Below, piece by piece: positions 1 to 14,937 of a stretch of DNA of 64,000 nt (positions within the stretch are counted from its first letter, which is position 1; each line of letters starts with the position of its first letter). The translations under genes were made by a program, and so were the position numbers. The stretch lies in assembly GCA_951406725.2 (NCBI GenBank), contig OX597814.1, positions 3,658,001 to 3,722,000 of the forward strand, read 5' to 3'. Source of the DNA: Octopus vulgaris. Taxonomy: Eukaryota. Under the pieces are notes generated by a model. It saw nothing but the letters and a program-made list of their open reading frames with translations, searched no databases and was not told where the DNA came from.

Positions 1-141
1 CAGGAGTTATTCTTTGTGAGCCTATTCTATCTGTCTCTTTGCCGAACCCCTAATTTATGGGGACGTAAACACACCAACATCGGTTGTCAAGAGATGGTGG
101 GAGGACAAATACATACACACACAGATAGATAGCTAGCTAGC

Positions 142-217
<76 letters not shown>

Positions 218-349
218 GGACAAACACAGACACAAAGACACACACACGCACGCACGCTCACACACATATATGACGGGCTTCTTTCAACTTCCGTCTGACA
301 CTCTCAAGGCTTTGGTCGGCCCGAAGCTATAGTAGAAGACACTTGCCCA
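1..349 (-). mobile_element. tRNA-derived CORE-type SINE (family A), partial, with internal (GATA)n expansion
   Basis: Reverse complement matches the body of the full copy at 11671-12084 (gggcaagtgtcttctactatagc, ccgaccaaagccttg, ttgacaaccgatg, ggttcggcaaagagac). (GATA)n lies at ~123-216. Confidence 0.85.
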
Positions 350-375
350 GTATATGTATATATATATATGTATAT

Positions 376-430
<55 letters not shown>

Positions 431-980
431 TATCTTTTACTTGTTTCAGTCATTAGACTGCGACCATGCTGGGGCAACGACTTGATGAATTTTTAGTCGA
501 ATGTATCGACCCCCGTACTTAAGTTTTCTATCAAAGAAATTTGTTAGAGATTCTAGGTTGAGGAGAAAGTTCGTGCGCCGTGTTTAAATAAGGATTTTTT
601 TAATGCAAGAATTTATTCAAAACAACAAAGTACTTATTGTATCGATATCTTTTGCCGAACTGTTATGTTCCTGGAACGTAAACGCACCAACACAGATTGT
701 CAAGCGACGGTGGTTGGGACAAACACACAAACACACACATACATATATATACGATGCAAACAGCAGACTACGGATATATCTCCTGTGAGTGACCTTATTT
801 ACTTACCACAGGATAATCTTGGATTTGTAGGAGGCCAAACAGCAGTGAACTGTGTTCCATCGGCGAATCTTCCTCACTAACGGAATGGATAATTCATCTG
901 TGTCGTTGTCTTACTATCAAACATGGTCTGCTTCACTGCGATATACACTCACCTATTTAGTGGATCCCCATTATTCAAAT

Positions 981-1014
<34 letters not shown>

Positions 1015-1023
1015 CATATATAC

Positions 1024-1105
<82 letters not shown>

Positions 1106-1120
1106 ATATATATATATGTA

Positions 1121-1163
<43 letters not shown>

Positions 1164-2079
1164 CCATGTATGTATTGATCAATACGCACTCACATATATA
1201 CACACATTTACAAAACAAGAACATGGAGCGAACAGGTTTTAATTGTTTCTGTGCAATAGTTGGCGATTTTTCCATGCTATACATATTATATAAATATATA
1301 AATATGACCCAGCAACAGCTGTGTGCTCGCCCATCATCAGATGAGTGGCTTTCAGAACACGGGCGCGAACACACACACGTATGGAACTAGATTGAGGATA
1401 GGAAACTCCGAATGACCCATCTTTGTTTTCCTTGTATCATCTGTCTGGGTATTTTGTTGTCCTTTGTTTTGTATTACCTAACTGTCTGGATATTTTGCGT
1501 TTTTGTCCAATTTATGTAGTTTTTATATATAAAATATAGCGGCGTACGTACACTCTGGTCTCTTATATGTAAGTATAAATATATATATCTACATTTTGTA
1601 CGACCCTATTATTCTTTCTATTCTTTCATTCTTTCCTTCCTTCTATCACCCCTTTCACATTTCATTCATTTCCTGGCCTTCTCTTCATGTTCACTTTCCC
1701 TCCTCTTTCACTTCACTCTGTCCTTTCATTTTTTCTCGCCCCTCCTTAATTCTTCTATCCCTCTACCTCTCTCTCTCTTCTCTCCCCACTTGACCGGTGT
1801 TCGGCCAGGTCTGACCTTTCTTTCTTGGTTCAACTACTATCCGTGCAACATCTTTATTTCCCCATGTTCCTGTAAAATCTTATGCCCCTGCTGTAAGGCT
1901 TTACTTCCACACACGTCAGCTTAATTTAATTCGTCCTTAGTCGAAAGACACCTGTTGTTATGTCCTGTTAATTGCATTTGTATATACTCTTTTTTTTTTT
2001 TTTTTTTTTTACTTGTTTCAGCCATCCGGCTGAGGCCATGCTGGGGCACCGCCCTTGTTGCTACCCTCTATGTATAACA

Positions 2080-2357
2080 TTTCTCTGTTTTTTCCGTCCT
2101 TGTTTTCGTATACATTCGCTACTTTCTTCCAAGGAATATAATGCTCTTAGCTTATTTTCTCCTTGGGGCTGGCCAGATTGGAGCGATCTCGAGTGTAACC
2201 AGCCGAAATTGCAAAGATAATCTGGAACTCGACTGAGGATAGAAAACTCCGAATGACCCGTCCTTGTTTTCTTCTGTCTGGATATTTTATTGTCCCTTTT
2301 TTGTACCACCTAACTGTCAGGATGTTTTGCGTTCTTATCCCATTTTTGTATTTTATT

Positions 2358-2360
<3 letters not shown>
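2080..2360 (+). mobile_element. Short dispersed repeat abutting (TA)n, Penelope-like terminal module
   Basis: Homologous to 1383-1530 (+), 41249-41372 (+) and 52334-52600 (-). The first two copies share ggaact(a/c)ga(c/t)tgaggata...ctccgaatgaccc, a CTGAnGA...CGAA-like motif. The module ends at a TA run. Confidence 0.55.
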
Positions 2361-2453
<93 letters not shown>

Positions 2454-2727
2454 ATATATGCATACACACACACACATATATATATATACATATACATACA
2501 TATATTTGTATACATACACATGCATATATAAAGTATGTGAGTTCATGTCACAGGATTTACGCGAGATTGCATCTAAGGAGTTATGGACTTTTTATTACAA
2601 CATCGGAAAATTGAACTATGAACTTTTATGCTCCTTTTTTCTTCTCTCTCTTCTAATCCTTAATTCTTTACTCCAGTCCTCCATGTCGTTATTTCATTAA
2701 TCCTTATCCTTCTCATTTTCCTTATTT

Positions 2728-2781
2728 GCCTCCGATGACAATATCCCATATTCTGGGATATCCCAGAAATAGCTGTAAGAC
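2728..2781 (+). ncRNA. Degenerate minimal hammerhead ribozyme motif
   Basis: gcct-CCGATGA-(hairpin atatccc/gggatat)-GAAA-tagctg-TA-agac. Near-palindromic stem III; core U4>C. Confidence 0.5.
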
Positions 2782-3114
2782 TGTGAATTTTTTCCAGTAA
2801 TAATAATGCATATGACTTAAGACGTTTGCCTTGCCTTAACGTTTGTTGTCCGCTTTAACAATTATATACACAAACATATATGTATATATATGTTGTTAAC
2901 GATCCCCCAACGAGGGAGTAATGTTTATCTGGCATCCTCTGGTGGAAGATTTTCGTCTGCTACTGATAGACTTTTGTTTTTAAACACAGTGCATCTAGAA
3001 GGAGTACGAACTCCGGACGAAAACACCATTGTTGAATTGGTTGTCGCGTGGTATCTACATTATGGATAACACACAGGTGGTTATACATACATACGTACAT
3101 ATCTATACATGCGT

Positions 3115-3481
<367 letters not shown>

Positions 3482-3692
3482 CAAATTTAATTAGAGGATG
3501 TGTAAACCTCATGATGGGATGGTTGCATCCAAGGAAATACTGTTTCAATATCTAGTATTTTTAGGAGATGAATTTCCTTAAAATAATAGGTATATATAAA
3601 TCATATAGTTTATATCCATTAAAAGAGAAAAAGAAAATGGAGATTAGGAAGTTAACAATTGTTTATTATTAACAACAAATTGTTCGTCTTCA

Positions 3693-3790
3693 CTTCTTAC
3701 AATCGTTTCAATTAATACTCACTAATTTCATTACAAATTTATACATTAAATTTACATTTATGTGAAATGAGTATAATTTCATCAGAGGAA
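3693..3790 (-). ncRNA. Minimal type-I hammerhead ribozyme motif, intact core
   Basis: Minus strand: ttcct-CTGATGA-aattatactca...tgagtattaatt-GAAA-cgattg-TA-agaag. Long stem II, then ~210 nt running into the (TA)n at 3478. Confidence 0.65.
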
Positions 3791-4618
3791 AAAAGATGTA
3801 CCTTTAGACGTTATATTTGGGATTTAGAGTGAGAGAGAGAAGGAGAGAGACCGACAGACAGACAAACAGAGAAAGAGAAAGAGAGAAAGGGAGAGAGAAG
3901 GAGGAGAGACAGACAGGCATAGAGACAGATGAGGGACTTAATCTATTTGTATAAGAAGGCTCAATATTTTGCTATAAAACCGTATTTTAGTAGCTTTAAA
4001 ATCTACACACACACACTCACACACACGCTGATTCAGCACTATACAGTAATTAAACGAATATATATCTGGATGGGTGTGTGTGATGCGTGTATGTGTGTGC
4101 GTGTGTGTGTGTTTGTGTGTGTGTGATGCGTGTATGTGTGTGCGTGTGTCTGTGTTTGTGTGTGTGTGTCTGCGTACACGTATTCTTACACTTACATACA
4201 CACATACACACGCATATATGAGGATATGTGAAGGTAGATATCGTTATGAGTGTATCTGCCTGAATATGTGTGTGTGTGTGTGTGTGTGTGTGTATACATG
4301 TGTGGGAATATGTGTGCTTCAGAGGTAGAGAATATGTGGGCGTTTATGTGTGTGTGTGTTAAAGTCTACGTGTATACGTGTCTCTCTACATGTGTGTCTG
4401 TGTGAATATGCATGTGTGTGTCTAAAAAAGTGTTCCGTAGACGTTGGTGAAGAAGATATGGGTGCCAATTCTTTGACAAGATTTTCAATTAGCGTTGCTG
4501 CCTTCGGTGAAGTCCAGTTGATAATCTTCTCGGCGGTTGAACAACAGAGAGAACAAAGAAGGGAAGTAACTCATAGGAGGATACCTTTGCAATACACACA
4601 CAAACATATATATGCATG

Positions 4619-4651
<33 letters not shown>

Positions 4652-4761
4652 ACGTGTACATATATGTGTGCATGTGTATATACATATATGTATATATACA
4701 TACACACATACAAACAGACACACACACATATACATATATATATATATATATATACATATAT

Positions 4762-4805
<44 letters not shown>

Positions 4806-5375
4806 TATATATTACATACACACACTCAGATATATATATGTATATACGGATACACATTAAAACAGAAGATGGAGAGACAGCTTGTGTATGTGTGTGTTTA
4901 TGATGGTGGATGTGTGAGTGAAGAACAAGATAGAACGGGGGGGGGGGAAGAACACTGCCATAGAAGGGAAAAAGTAAGAAAAAGAGAGACAGAGAGAGTG
5001 AGAGGGGGAGGGAAAGTGAGGAAGGGAGGGAGGAGGGAGTTAAAGGGAGGAAACGAGTAATGAAGAAATTGAAAGAAGAAAAAAATGAAAGAAAAAAATG
5101 AAAGAAAACGACGTGCAAAAAACGAAATGAAGAAAAAAAGACTTGAAAAATGAGATTAATATTATTATTACTGTTGCTGTTGTTGTTGTCGTTGTAGATG
5201 TTGTTGCTTTTGTTGTTGTAGCTGTTGGTAGTATTGTTATTATTAGTATTACAAGATGATAATAATAATAAGAAGAAGAATAAGAAGAAGAAGAAGAAGA
5301 AGAATGAAAAGGAGATAGTGACAACAATGGAGAAGCTAGCAAAATACAGAGAAGACTGATTGGAATATTATGTGA

Positions 5376-5481
<106 letters not shown>

Positions 5482-5583
5482 TGTGTTGTGTGTGTAGCGA
5501 GAAAAACAGATATGTTTGTATGTTTAAATAGAATGTCTGTGTTTCTGTATTCACATAGGCGTGCACTTATATGTGTGTGTGTG

Positions 5584-5714
<131 letters not shown>

Positions 5715-5801
5715 ATGTGTGTATATGTATCTAGAGACTTTACATATGCTGTTGATATATATATATATATATGTGTATATGTATATGCGTATGTGTGAGT
5801 G

Positions 5802-5852
<51 letters not shown>

Positions 5853-6043
5853 TAAAGCTTTACATATGGTGATATATATGTATGTATATGTATATATACA
5901 TATATATATATGTATGTATATATGTATATATACATATATATATATATGTATGTTTATATGTATATGTATATATATATACATATATATGTATATGTATGTA
6001 TATATACATATATATGTATATATACATACATATATATATATAT

Positions 6044-6099
<56 letters not shown>

Positions 6100-6564
6100 A
6101 TATGCATATGTATATATACACACACATATATATATATATATGTATATATGTATATGTATATATACATATATATATACATATGTGTGTATATATATATATA
6201 TATAATCTAGTGAGAGTGTTAGAGATAGTTGTTGAGAGAATGAAGAAAAAAAGCAATGACAAGTAAATCTGTGTGTATACATGTTCATGTGGGTGTGGGT
6301 CAACATACATCTATATACATGTCTATATGATATATACATGTATATACATATATATACATGCATATATATATATATATATATACATGCATATATATATGTA
6401 TACATGCATATATTTATACACACGCACACAGATATATATATACATGTATGCATGCATGTGTACATCTATGTCAAAAACACATGTATATACATGTGTACAT
6501 AGCTTTAATTATATATATGCGCGTGTTTATACACACACACACATATATCTATATACATATATAC

Positions 6565-6615
<51 letters not shown>

Positions 6616-6692
6616 ATAAAGGATCGTGGGTTTCATATATATATATATACGTTTATATATACATATATATATACGTTTATATATACATATAT

Positions 6693-6812
<120 letters not shown>

Positions 6813-7023
6813 TATATATGGATAGATAGATAGTAGCGTGTGTGTGTCTGTCTGTGCGTGCAGGTGTCTTCAGAAGAGGGGTGGTGGTAGGAATTAGTGG
6901 TGAGGAATGTGTTTTGTTTTTTTTCTTGTAGCTTTTTTATATTTTGGGGGTTGGTTTTTTTTTTTTTTGAAAAATAAAAAGAAATAGCATAAAATCAAAT
7001 ATAATATTTGAATAAAACTCCAA

Positions 7024-7209
7024 ATGATTGATAATGGTTTCATGGAAGTGTCAATCATGGAAGCTTTAGAAAATGGATTGGAACCGCAAGCACCACCACC
7101 TGCAACTCCACCACCACCATCATCATTATCATCATCATCATCGTCACCATCGTCATCATCACCATCATCATCATCCTCATCATCATCATTAACCTCATCG
7201 TCTGTACTG
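7024..7209 (+). CDS. Candidate coding exon of an unidentified host gene (Pro/Ser-rich N-terminus)
   Basis: Non-TE sequence reading MIDNGFMEVSIMEALENGLEPQAPPPATPPPPSS...SVL, followed in phase 0 by a strong donor CTG|GTAAGA at 7210. No homology recognised, and the opposite strand is also open. Confidence 0.25.
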
Positions 7210-7225
7210 GTAAGAATATTATCAT

Positions 7226-7261
<36 letters not shown>

Positions 7262-7539
7262 CATGCAATATTATGCCACACACACACACACACACACACA
7301 CACGCCAAAGTTGTTTTGTTAATCAATAGCAAAATTAGATTACTGACGTCTTTAGGCAAACTCGAATCATAAGTCTCCGTGCACTCACCCACCCGCCAAC
7401 CCTCCGCCCCCCACATACCTGCCCTCCGTACATCACCCTTCCGCCCCGCCCCCCGCCCTCCATCATCGTTTCGAATCGCCTCCTCCTCTCCCCCGCAACG
7501 CTAACGCCAGAAACCAACAAACACTAATGCCACAACCCA

Positions 7540-7595
7540 CGTCATCATCATCGTCATCGTCAACATCATCATCATCATCATCATCGTCATCATCG

Positions 7596-7677
<82 letters not shown>

Positions 7678-7733
7678 TATCATCATCATCATCGTCATCG
7701 TCATCGTCATCATCATCATCATCATCATCATCG

Positions 7734-7816
<83 letters not shown>

Positions 7817-8114
7817 GTCATCATCATCATCATCATCATCATCACCACCGTCAACATCATCACCATCGTCGTCGGCATCGCTGTTGTCCTTAGTGACAAC
7901 TACATCATTAACCAGTGCAACCACGGCGGCGGCCACGGTCATCCCCATCATCATCATCATCATCATCATCATCACCACCATCATCATCATCATCATCATC
8001 ATAATCCTCATCACTATCATTGCTGTCGTCATCAGCAGCAACGACAGTATCATCACCATGGTTATTATCTTCCTCCGCCGCCCCCTCCTCCTTCGTATCA
8101 TCATCATCATCACC

Positions 8115-8148
<34 letters not shown>

Positions 8149-8150
8149 TC
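7540..8150. repeat. (CAT)n/(CAC)n trinucleotide tract
   Basis: Direct reading. It is the source of the poly-S/D/M ORFs. Confidence 0.97.
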
Positions 8151-8744
8151 CTCAGTACCGTTGCTGTTGTTGTTGTTGTCCTGTTGTAATTTATTTTCCC
8201 AATTCACCTTCAGTTCTGTCTCAGATAATCACCCAAACCTTCAACACTGCCCCCACCCTCCAAGCCCCCCACATCCCTCTTTGTCACCACCAATTTGCAA
8301 TCATATAATTCACACCTACCCTGACCCACAACCACCACCATAATCACCAAGAACAACAGCAGAAACAATATTGTTTTGCGGCCACCACACCGACCACAAG
8401 GCCCCAAGAAGCAGCAACGCCATCCAAAAATTGCGCCCGGGCCACCACAAACGCAAAATGCTGGGCCCGGTATCGAAGCCGGAGATCAACGCCACCACCC
8501 TTGCTAAGAGAAACACCTAAGCCACTGCCTATACAAATATCACCAGCAGCATCGTTACCCAACATTAACCACGAGACCACGAGGAGCGTTGGTACTGAAA
8601 CCAGCGCCCTCAACTCCAACACCGACGCCCTCAACCCTCGCGTCGGTGCTACTGCTACGAACACCAACGCTCAAGATATGTCACCAGCGCCATCAAAACT
8701 AGCACCAACCACCCCAACACTTGCACCATCGCATCAATTCTATC

Positions 8745-9133
8745 CTCTTTTGGAAGCTCTCCGTCGGTTACGACGACGAGGGTTCCGGTTGATCCGATCA
8801 ACGGAACAGCCTGCTCGTGAAATTAACGTGTAAGTGGCTGAGCACTCCACAGACACGTGTACCCTTAACGTAGTTCTCGGGGATATTCAGCGTGACACAG
8901 AGAGTGACAAGGCCGGCCCTTTGAAATACAGGTACAACAGAAACAGGAAGTAAGAGTGAGAGAAAGTTGTGGTGAAAGAGTACAGCAGGGATCACCACCA
9001 TCCCCTGCCGGAGCCTCGTGGAGCTTTTTAGGTGTTTTCGCTCAATAAACACTCACAACGCTCGGTCTGGGAATCGAAACCGCGATCCTACGACCGCGAG
9101 TCCGCTGCCCTAACCCCTGGGCCATTGCGCCTC
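8745..9133 (-). mobile_element. Full-length tRNA-derived SINE (family C) with 13-bp TSD
   Basis: Minus strand starts gaggcgcaaTGGCCCAGGGGTTAGG (A box)...GGTTTCGATTCCC (B box). Perfect direct repeat catcaattctatc at 8732-8744 and 9134-9146. Confidence 0.92.
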
Positions 9134-9913
9134 CATCAATTCTATCACCAGCGCACCCAACACTAACGCCAGCGTCCTAACCCAAACACCAACATCCGCA
9201 ATTCAAAAATCAGAGTCAGCCTTATCCGAATTAACGTCACAACAAAGAATAAACTAAGTCCGATTAGATAGACTTAACAAACAATTACGGTGTCTGTTTG
9301 TGTTTATCACATCACAAACCCTTCAAGAGAGGAACTCGGCGGTTGGCGTGGCTTTCCTTTTTTTTTTTTTTTTACCGAAATTGGCCTCTTTCGACATTCG
9401 GCTTTCGTTTTTGTTGTCAACGTTGCTTCTGACTACACCAGCTGTTGTTGATGGTGGTGATGATGATGATGATGATGATGATGGTGATGGCGAGGATGAG
9501 TCTTGATAACAATAATGACGAAGGTGGTGGTGATGGTGGTGGTGTTGGTGCTGTCATCGTTGACGAGATTATTGTTATTGTTGTTGAGGTGGGTGGGTAA
9601 TGCGGTTTTCTGCTGGTTTTTGCTGTTGTTGTTGTTGTTGTCTTTTTTTGGTTCTTGTCTTCTGTGAATCCCAACAAAGCTGGAACCGAAGCTAAAGCCA
9701 AGAAGCCAAATTGAATATAAATCCTAATGCGAAACACATATTCTTGTGTACATCTTCACACACGCACACACACACAAATATTCTAAGGTGGACAGATACA
9801 AGCAAGCATGCAGGCACACACACACACACACACATACACACCCATTCACTTTTGCAGGACTTAGAGTCAGAAAAAAGGAAAAAAATTATATCAAGACGCA
9901 AATATGCATACAT

Positions 9914-9948
<35 letters not shown>

Positions 9949-9967
9949 TATACACACATACACACAC

Positions 9968-10041
<74 letters not shown>

Positions 10042-10042
10042 T

Positions 10043-10109
<67 letters not shown>

Positions 10110-10117
10110 ATGCATGC

Positions 10118-10159
<42 letters not shown>

Positions 10160-10482
10160 TTATATGTGTATACATATAGATACGTATATATGCATATATA
10201 AGCATCAGGATATATATGTATGCATGCATATACGCATGTGTGTAATGTACAATGATTGACATAAACCAAAATTAAAGGCCTTCACATGTCTATGTAAACC
10301 TCCGTCCCCACCCAGCATATATCTTTCTCTGACATTCACTTCCTACCCCCCACACCACACCACACACACACACTTCTCTCTCTTTCTCTCCTTCACACAA
10401 TCTCTTAAACACACTCAGCATGAAAGTGGCCGTGTATGCATGTATGTATGTATGTATGTATGTATGTATGTATGTATGTATG

Positions 10483-10533
<51 letters not shown>

Positions 10534-10805
10534 AAGGTATCATAAAGAAGAATGGAGAATCGTACATTTTCAAAAGTTTTTTCTTTTTTTTCTTTTTTTT
10601 TTAGTTTCATTCCCATTAAATTCCAATCCGACACGTGTTTCTGTTGGATAATGGTCCTTATGTCCTTTGATGTGGCATTGATGCGCATTTGTCTGTCTTA
10701 AGCAATCCCTGTGTTCCCTATCATTCGATGTGGTTTGCCAGATATGGATTATATCAGAGTGCTAATAAGATACCTGTCCAAATGCTATATTCCAATTCCT
10801 TTCAC

Positions 10806-10861
<56 letters not shown>

Positions 10862-11133
10862 GCAGTATGTATAAACGTTACTGCTTATGTATATGTTTAT
10901 ATATATATACATATATATATATGTACGTATACATACAACACAACCAAGCACAGATTGTGATATATTTAGGTATGTATACATATATAATATATGTATACAT
11001 ATATATTGATGTGTATATATATATATAATGTGTATATATATATATATAATCTTCCGTAATATATATATATATATAGATAGATATACACTCATACATAATG
11101 TGTATAATGTATATATATACATGTATAATCTTT

Positions 11134-11447
11134 CAAACGCATATACACACATTTTTAAAGATATTTTTTGTGTTTGTATATGGATGTAAGCACATTTGTG
11201 CTTGCAATTTGCGATTATATGTATATATATATTTTTATTTTTATCTAGTTTCAGCTCACAAGCTGTGGGCCACAGCTTGTGAGTTGAAACTAGATAAAAA
11301 AAATTTTTTAATAAAAATAAAAATATATATACATAGGTATCACATATAGATAGATAGATAGAGAGAATCGCAAATTGCTAGCATAAATATGCGTACATCC
11401 ATACACAAACACAAAAATATCTTTAAAAATGTGTGTATATGCGTTTG
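11134..11447. repeat. Fold-back inverted repeat, ~310 bp
   Basis: 11134-11216 is the reverse complement of 11366-11447. An inner near-perfect palindrome (tctagtttcagctcacaagctgtg-ggc-cacagcttgtgagttgaaactaga) is centred at ~11269. Confidence 0.9.
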
Positions 11448-11670
11448 TTAGTGGGTGTGTAGGAGGATGAAGATAAGATATTCCAGATCTTGTGATAATT
11501 CTAATACATACATATATATATACATATATACATACATATACATACATATACATACATATACATACATACATACACATACATATACATATACATACATACA
11601 TATACATATACATACATACATATATATACATACATATACATATATATATACATATACATATATACATACA

Positions 11671-12084
11671 GGCGCAGGAGTGGCTGTGTGGTAAGTAGCT
11701 TGTTTACCAACCACATGGTTCCGGGTTCAGTCCCACTGCGTGGCATCTTGGGCAAGTGTCTTCTGCTATAGCCTCGGGCCGACCAAAGCCTTGTGAGTGG
11801 ATTTGGTAGACGTAAACTTAAAGAAGCCTGTCGTATATATGTATATATATGTGTGTGTGTGTGTGTGTTTGTGTGTCTGTGTTTGTCCCCCTACCATTGC
11901 TTGACAACCGATGCTGGTGAGTTTACGTCTCTGTCACTTAGCGGTTCGGCAAAAGAGACCGATTGAATAAGTATTCGGCTTACAAAGAATAAGTCCCGGG
12001 GTCGATTTGCTCGACTAAAGGCGGTGCTCCAGCATGGCCGCAGTCAAATGACTGAAACAAGTAAAAGAGAGAGTAAAAAAGAGT
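11671..12084 (+). mobile_element. Full-length tRNA-derived CORE-type SINE (family A; resembles octopus OR-type SINEs)
   Basis: A box TGGCTGTGTGG 11681-11691, B box GGTTCAGTCC 11724-11733, CORE-like cttgggcaagtgtctt, internal (TA)(TG) seed, tail ggcggtgctccagcatggccgcagtcaaatgactgaaacaagtaaaagag. Confidence 0.92.
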
Positions 12085-12454
12085 ATATATACATATATAT
12101 ATACATATACATATACATACATATATACATATATATATATACATATACATACATATATATATACATATACATACATATATATATATACATATATATACAT
12201 ATATATACATATACATATATATATACATATACATATATATATATACATATACATATACATATACATATATATATATATATACATATACATATACATATAC
12301 ATATATATATATATATACATATACATATACATATATATATACATATACATATACATATATACATGTACATATATATATATATATACATATATATACATAT
12401 ATATATATATACATGTATATATATATACACATATACATATATATATACATATAC

Positions 12455-12499
<45 letters not shown>

Positions 12500-12530
12500 C
12501 ATAATATATTTATATATATACGCAAAGGCA

Positions 12531-12624
<94 letters not shown>

Positions 12625-12628
12625 AATA

Positions 12629-12796
12629 AGCGCAGAAGTGACTGTGTAGTAAGTAACTCGCTTATCAACCACACGGTTCCGGGTTCAGTCTCACAGCGTG
12701 GCACCTTGGGCAAACGTCTTCTACTATAGCCTCGGGCCGACCAAAGCCTTGTGAGCGAATTTTGGTAGACAGAAACTGAACGAAGCCCATCGGATG

Positions 12797-12844
<48 letters not shown>

Positions 12845-12900
12845 CATACATACATATATACATACATATATACATACATATATATATATACATACATACA

Positions 12901-12934
<34 letters not shown>

Positions 12935-13288
12935 CATACATACATACATGTATGTATGTATGTATGTATGTATGTATGTATGTATGTATGTATGTATGTA
13001 TGTATGTATGTATGAGTGTATGTATGTATGTATGTATGTATGTATGTATGTATGTATGTATGTATGTATGTATGTATGTACGTGTGTGTATATGTCTGCG
13101 TCTGTGTTTGTCCCCCACCTCAACATCGCTTGACATCCGTTGCTGGTGCGTTTAAGTCCTCGTCACTTAGCGGTTCGGCAAAAAGAGACCGATAGAATAA
13201 GTCCTGCGATCGATTTGCTTGACTAAAAGGTGCTGCACCAGCATGACCGCAGTCAAATGACTGAAATAAATAAAAGAATAAAAGAATA
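12629..13288 (+). mobile_element. Family A SINE with ~290-bp expanded internal microsatellite
   Basis: Head 12629-12795 and body/tail 13085-13288 align to 11671-12084. The internal tract runs (TA)n-(TACA)n-(TATG)n. Confidence 0.9.
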
Positions 13289-13334
<46 letters not shown>

Positions 13335-13342
13335 GAGGACCG

Positions 13343-13418
13343 AATGTACTGAAGAAGTCACGGACACTTGAATTATGCAAATAATTCTTTTGTTAAGACC
13401 GAAACCGAGGTATGCATT
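13343..13418 (+). ncRNA. Minimal type-I hammerhead ribozyme motif, intact core
   Basis: aatgta-CTGAAGA-agtc...gacc-GAAA-ccgagg-TA-tgcatt. Stem I aatgta/tgcatt pairs fully (one G-U) and the cleavage triplet is GUA. It heads a ~360-nt module ending at (TA)n near 13698. Confidence 0.7.
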
Positions 13419-13692
13419 TAAGTCTGTTTTTTATTTAATTTTTCATATGTCCTGCCCGCCAAATTTGGTTCTGGCGTTCGCTGAATTCTTCCTCTAGAGA
13501 ATTTCCCTTGTAGTTTGATCGTTTATGATCTATTTCTAGCATTCTGGCCGGCTACCTAGCAGGCCAGCCCTGCCAATATACACATATATTTGAATTTTCT
13601 CTGACTCCTCAGATTTTTTGAATGCTGGACTACTGGTTTTAAATTGATATTAAAATTAATATTAATTTATCTCCCTCAATTTTTAAATATTT

Positions 13693-13727
<35 letters not shown>

Positions 13728-13929
13728 GGTTTGTTTGATTGTGTATTGAGGGATATATATATTATTCAAAGGAATCCCAACTCAGTTTTTTATGTGTTAT
13801 TTATATTCTTTATAATATTAATGTAGAATATAGAATATATAGTATAAATAATATATATATATATAGAAAAATGAAATGAAGTATTGATTGTCTTATTGAA
13901 GAGATAAAATATTGAATATCGAATATTAA

Positions 13930-13973
13930 GGGACTAGTATACTTTCTTGCATTTAAGCAGTCTTCAAGATCTC
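13930..13973 (-). ncRNA. Degenerate minimal hammerhead ribozyme motif
   Basis: Minus strand: gagat-CTTGAAGA-ctgc-ttaaat-gcaa-GAAA-gtatac-TA-gtccc. Stem III is the palindrome AGTATACT. Confidence 0.5.
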
Positions 13974-14017
13974 AGGTCGTGACAAGCGGGTTATACACAC
14001 ACACACACACACACATA

Positions 14018-14315
14018 TCTTTATATATAAAAGAGAGGTTGTGTGGTGTCTGTCTCCTACGATTTAGATTCCTAACTACTCCCACATTTTGCGGTGCAGT
14101 TTAACCAAAACCGGGTATCTTATAGTCGTGATTCATATCGAGCCCTTCTGGGTATTAGCGCGCGTCTACGATGAGTCTACGATTTAAAAAATAATTTACC
14201 ATCATTTTTTTCCATTTTTAATGTTTTTTTTGCTATTTTTTTGCTATAACTCACTAAAAATGCTTATATAGTTATTTCCCTTACAAACCCGAGCAACGCC
14301 GGGCGATACTGCTAG
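14018..14315 (+). mobile_element. Complete non-autonomous mini-Helitron (298 bp)
   Basis: A|TCtttatatataaaa 5' end, 3' hairpin cccgagcaacgccggg then CTAG|T. Inserted between A and T with no TSD. Confidence 0.88.
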
Positions 14316-14427
14316 TATATATATATATAACAATAGGGTAATAAGAAATTATTACCAGTAGCCTCTTTCTAGCACAAAGCTTTCCTATTTGGAAGCCTCT
14401 TATTGTATTTCTCTCTCTCTCTCTCTC

Positions 14428-14462
<35 letters not shown>

Positions 14463-14904
14463 GTATATATATATAGTATGGGCTTCTTTCAGTTTCCGCC
14501 TACCAGATCTCCTCGCAAGACTTCTTAATACGTTACCCCACCTGCACAAACACACACGCACCCACAGACACACACACACACACACCTATGTATGTATGCA
14601 CATGTATATATATATGTATATATATAATTACACACAGACACACACATAATTATATATAGATGTTTATATATCATTTAATGTACAGAACATCAAGCGAAGC
14701 GCTTTATATTTGGAGTGAAGACACACGTGGCTTCGCAGGTTCTTACAACCTGCCCTGTGTGTCCCGGCTCCATTTTTATACTGTGTGCCTAAAATGATAT
14801 TTACCTCTCACTAGATGGAGTACTTATCTTGGAACTGGAAAGTGTGTGTGATTGTGTGTGTGTATGCGTGTTAATATACATACATACATACATACATACA
14901 TACA

Positions 14905-14937
<33 letters not shown>

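Noticed and set aside
1335-1360. Additional hammerhead candidates (CTGATGA at ~1344-1350 minus; ~37388; ~50790; ~52257 minus)
   Set aside because: I could not build convincing stems I-III around the core, so they were left out of the count.
7463-8207. Poly-Asp/Ser/Met ORFs suggesting an acidic biomineralisation-type protein
   Set aside because: A (CAT)n tract open in several frames on both strands, with no signal peptide or splice support.
11671-11740. tRNA genes at SINE heads (also 9062-9133, 34586, 48644 etc.)
   Set aside because: A/B boxes are present but there is no complete cloverleaf. Each continues into a SINE body and tail.
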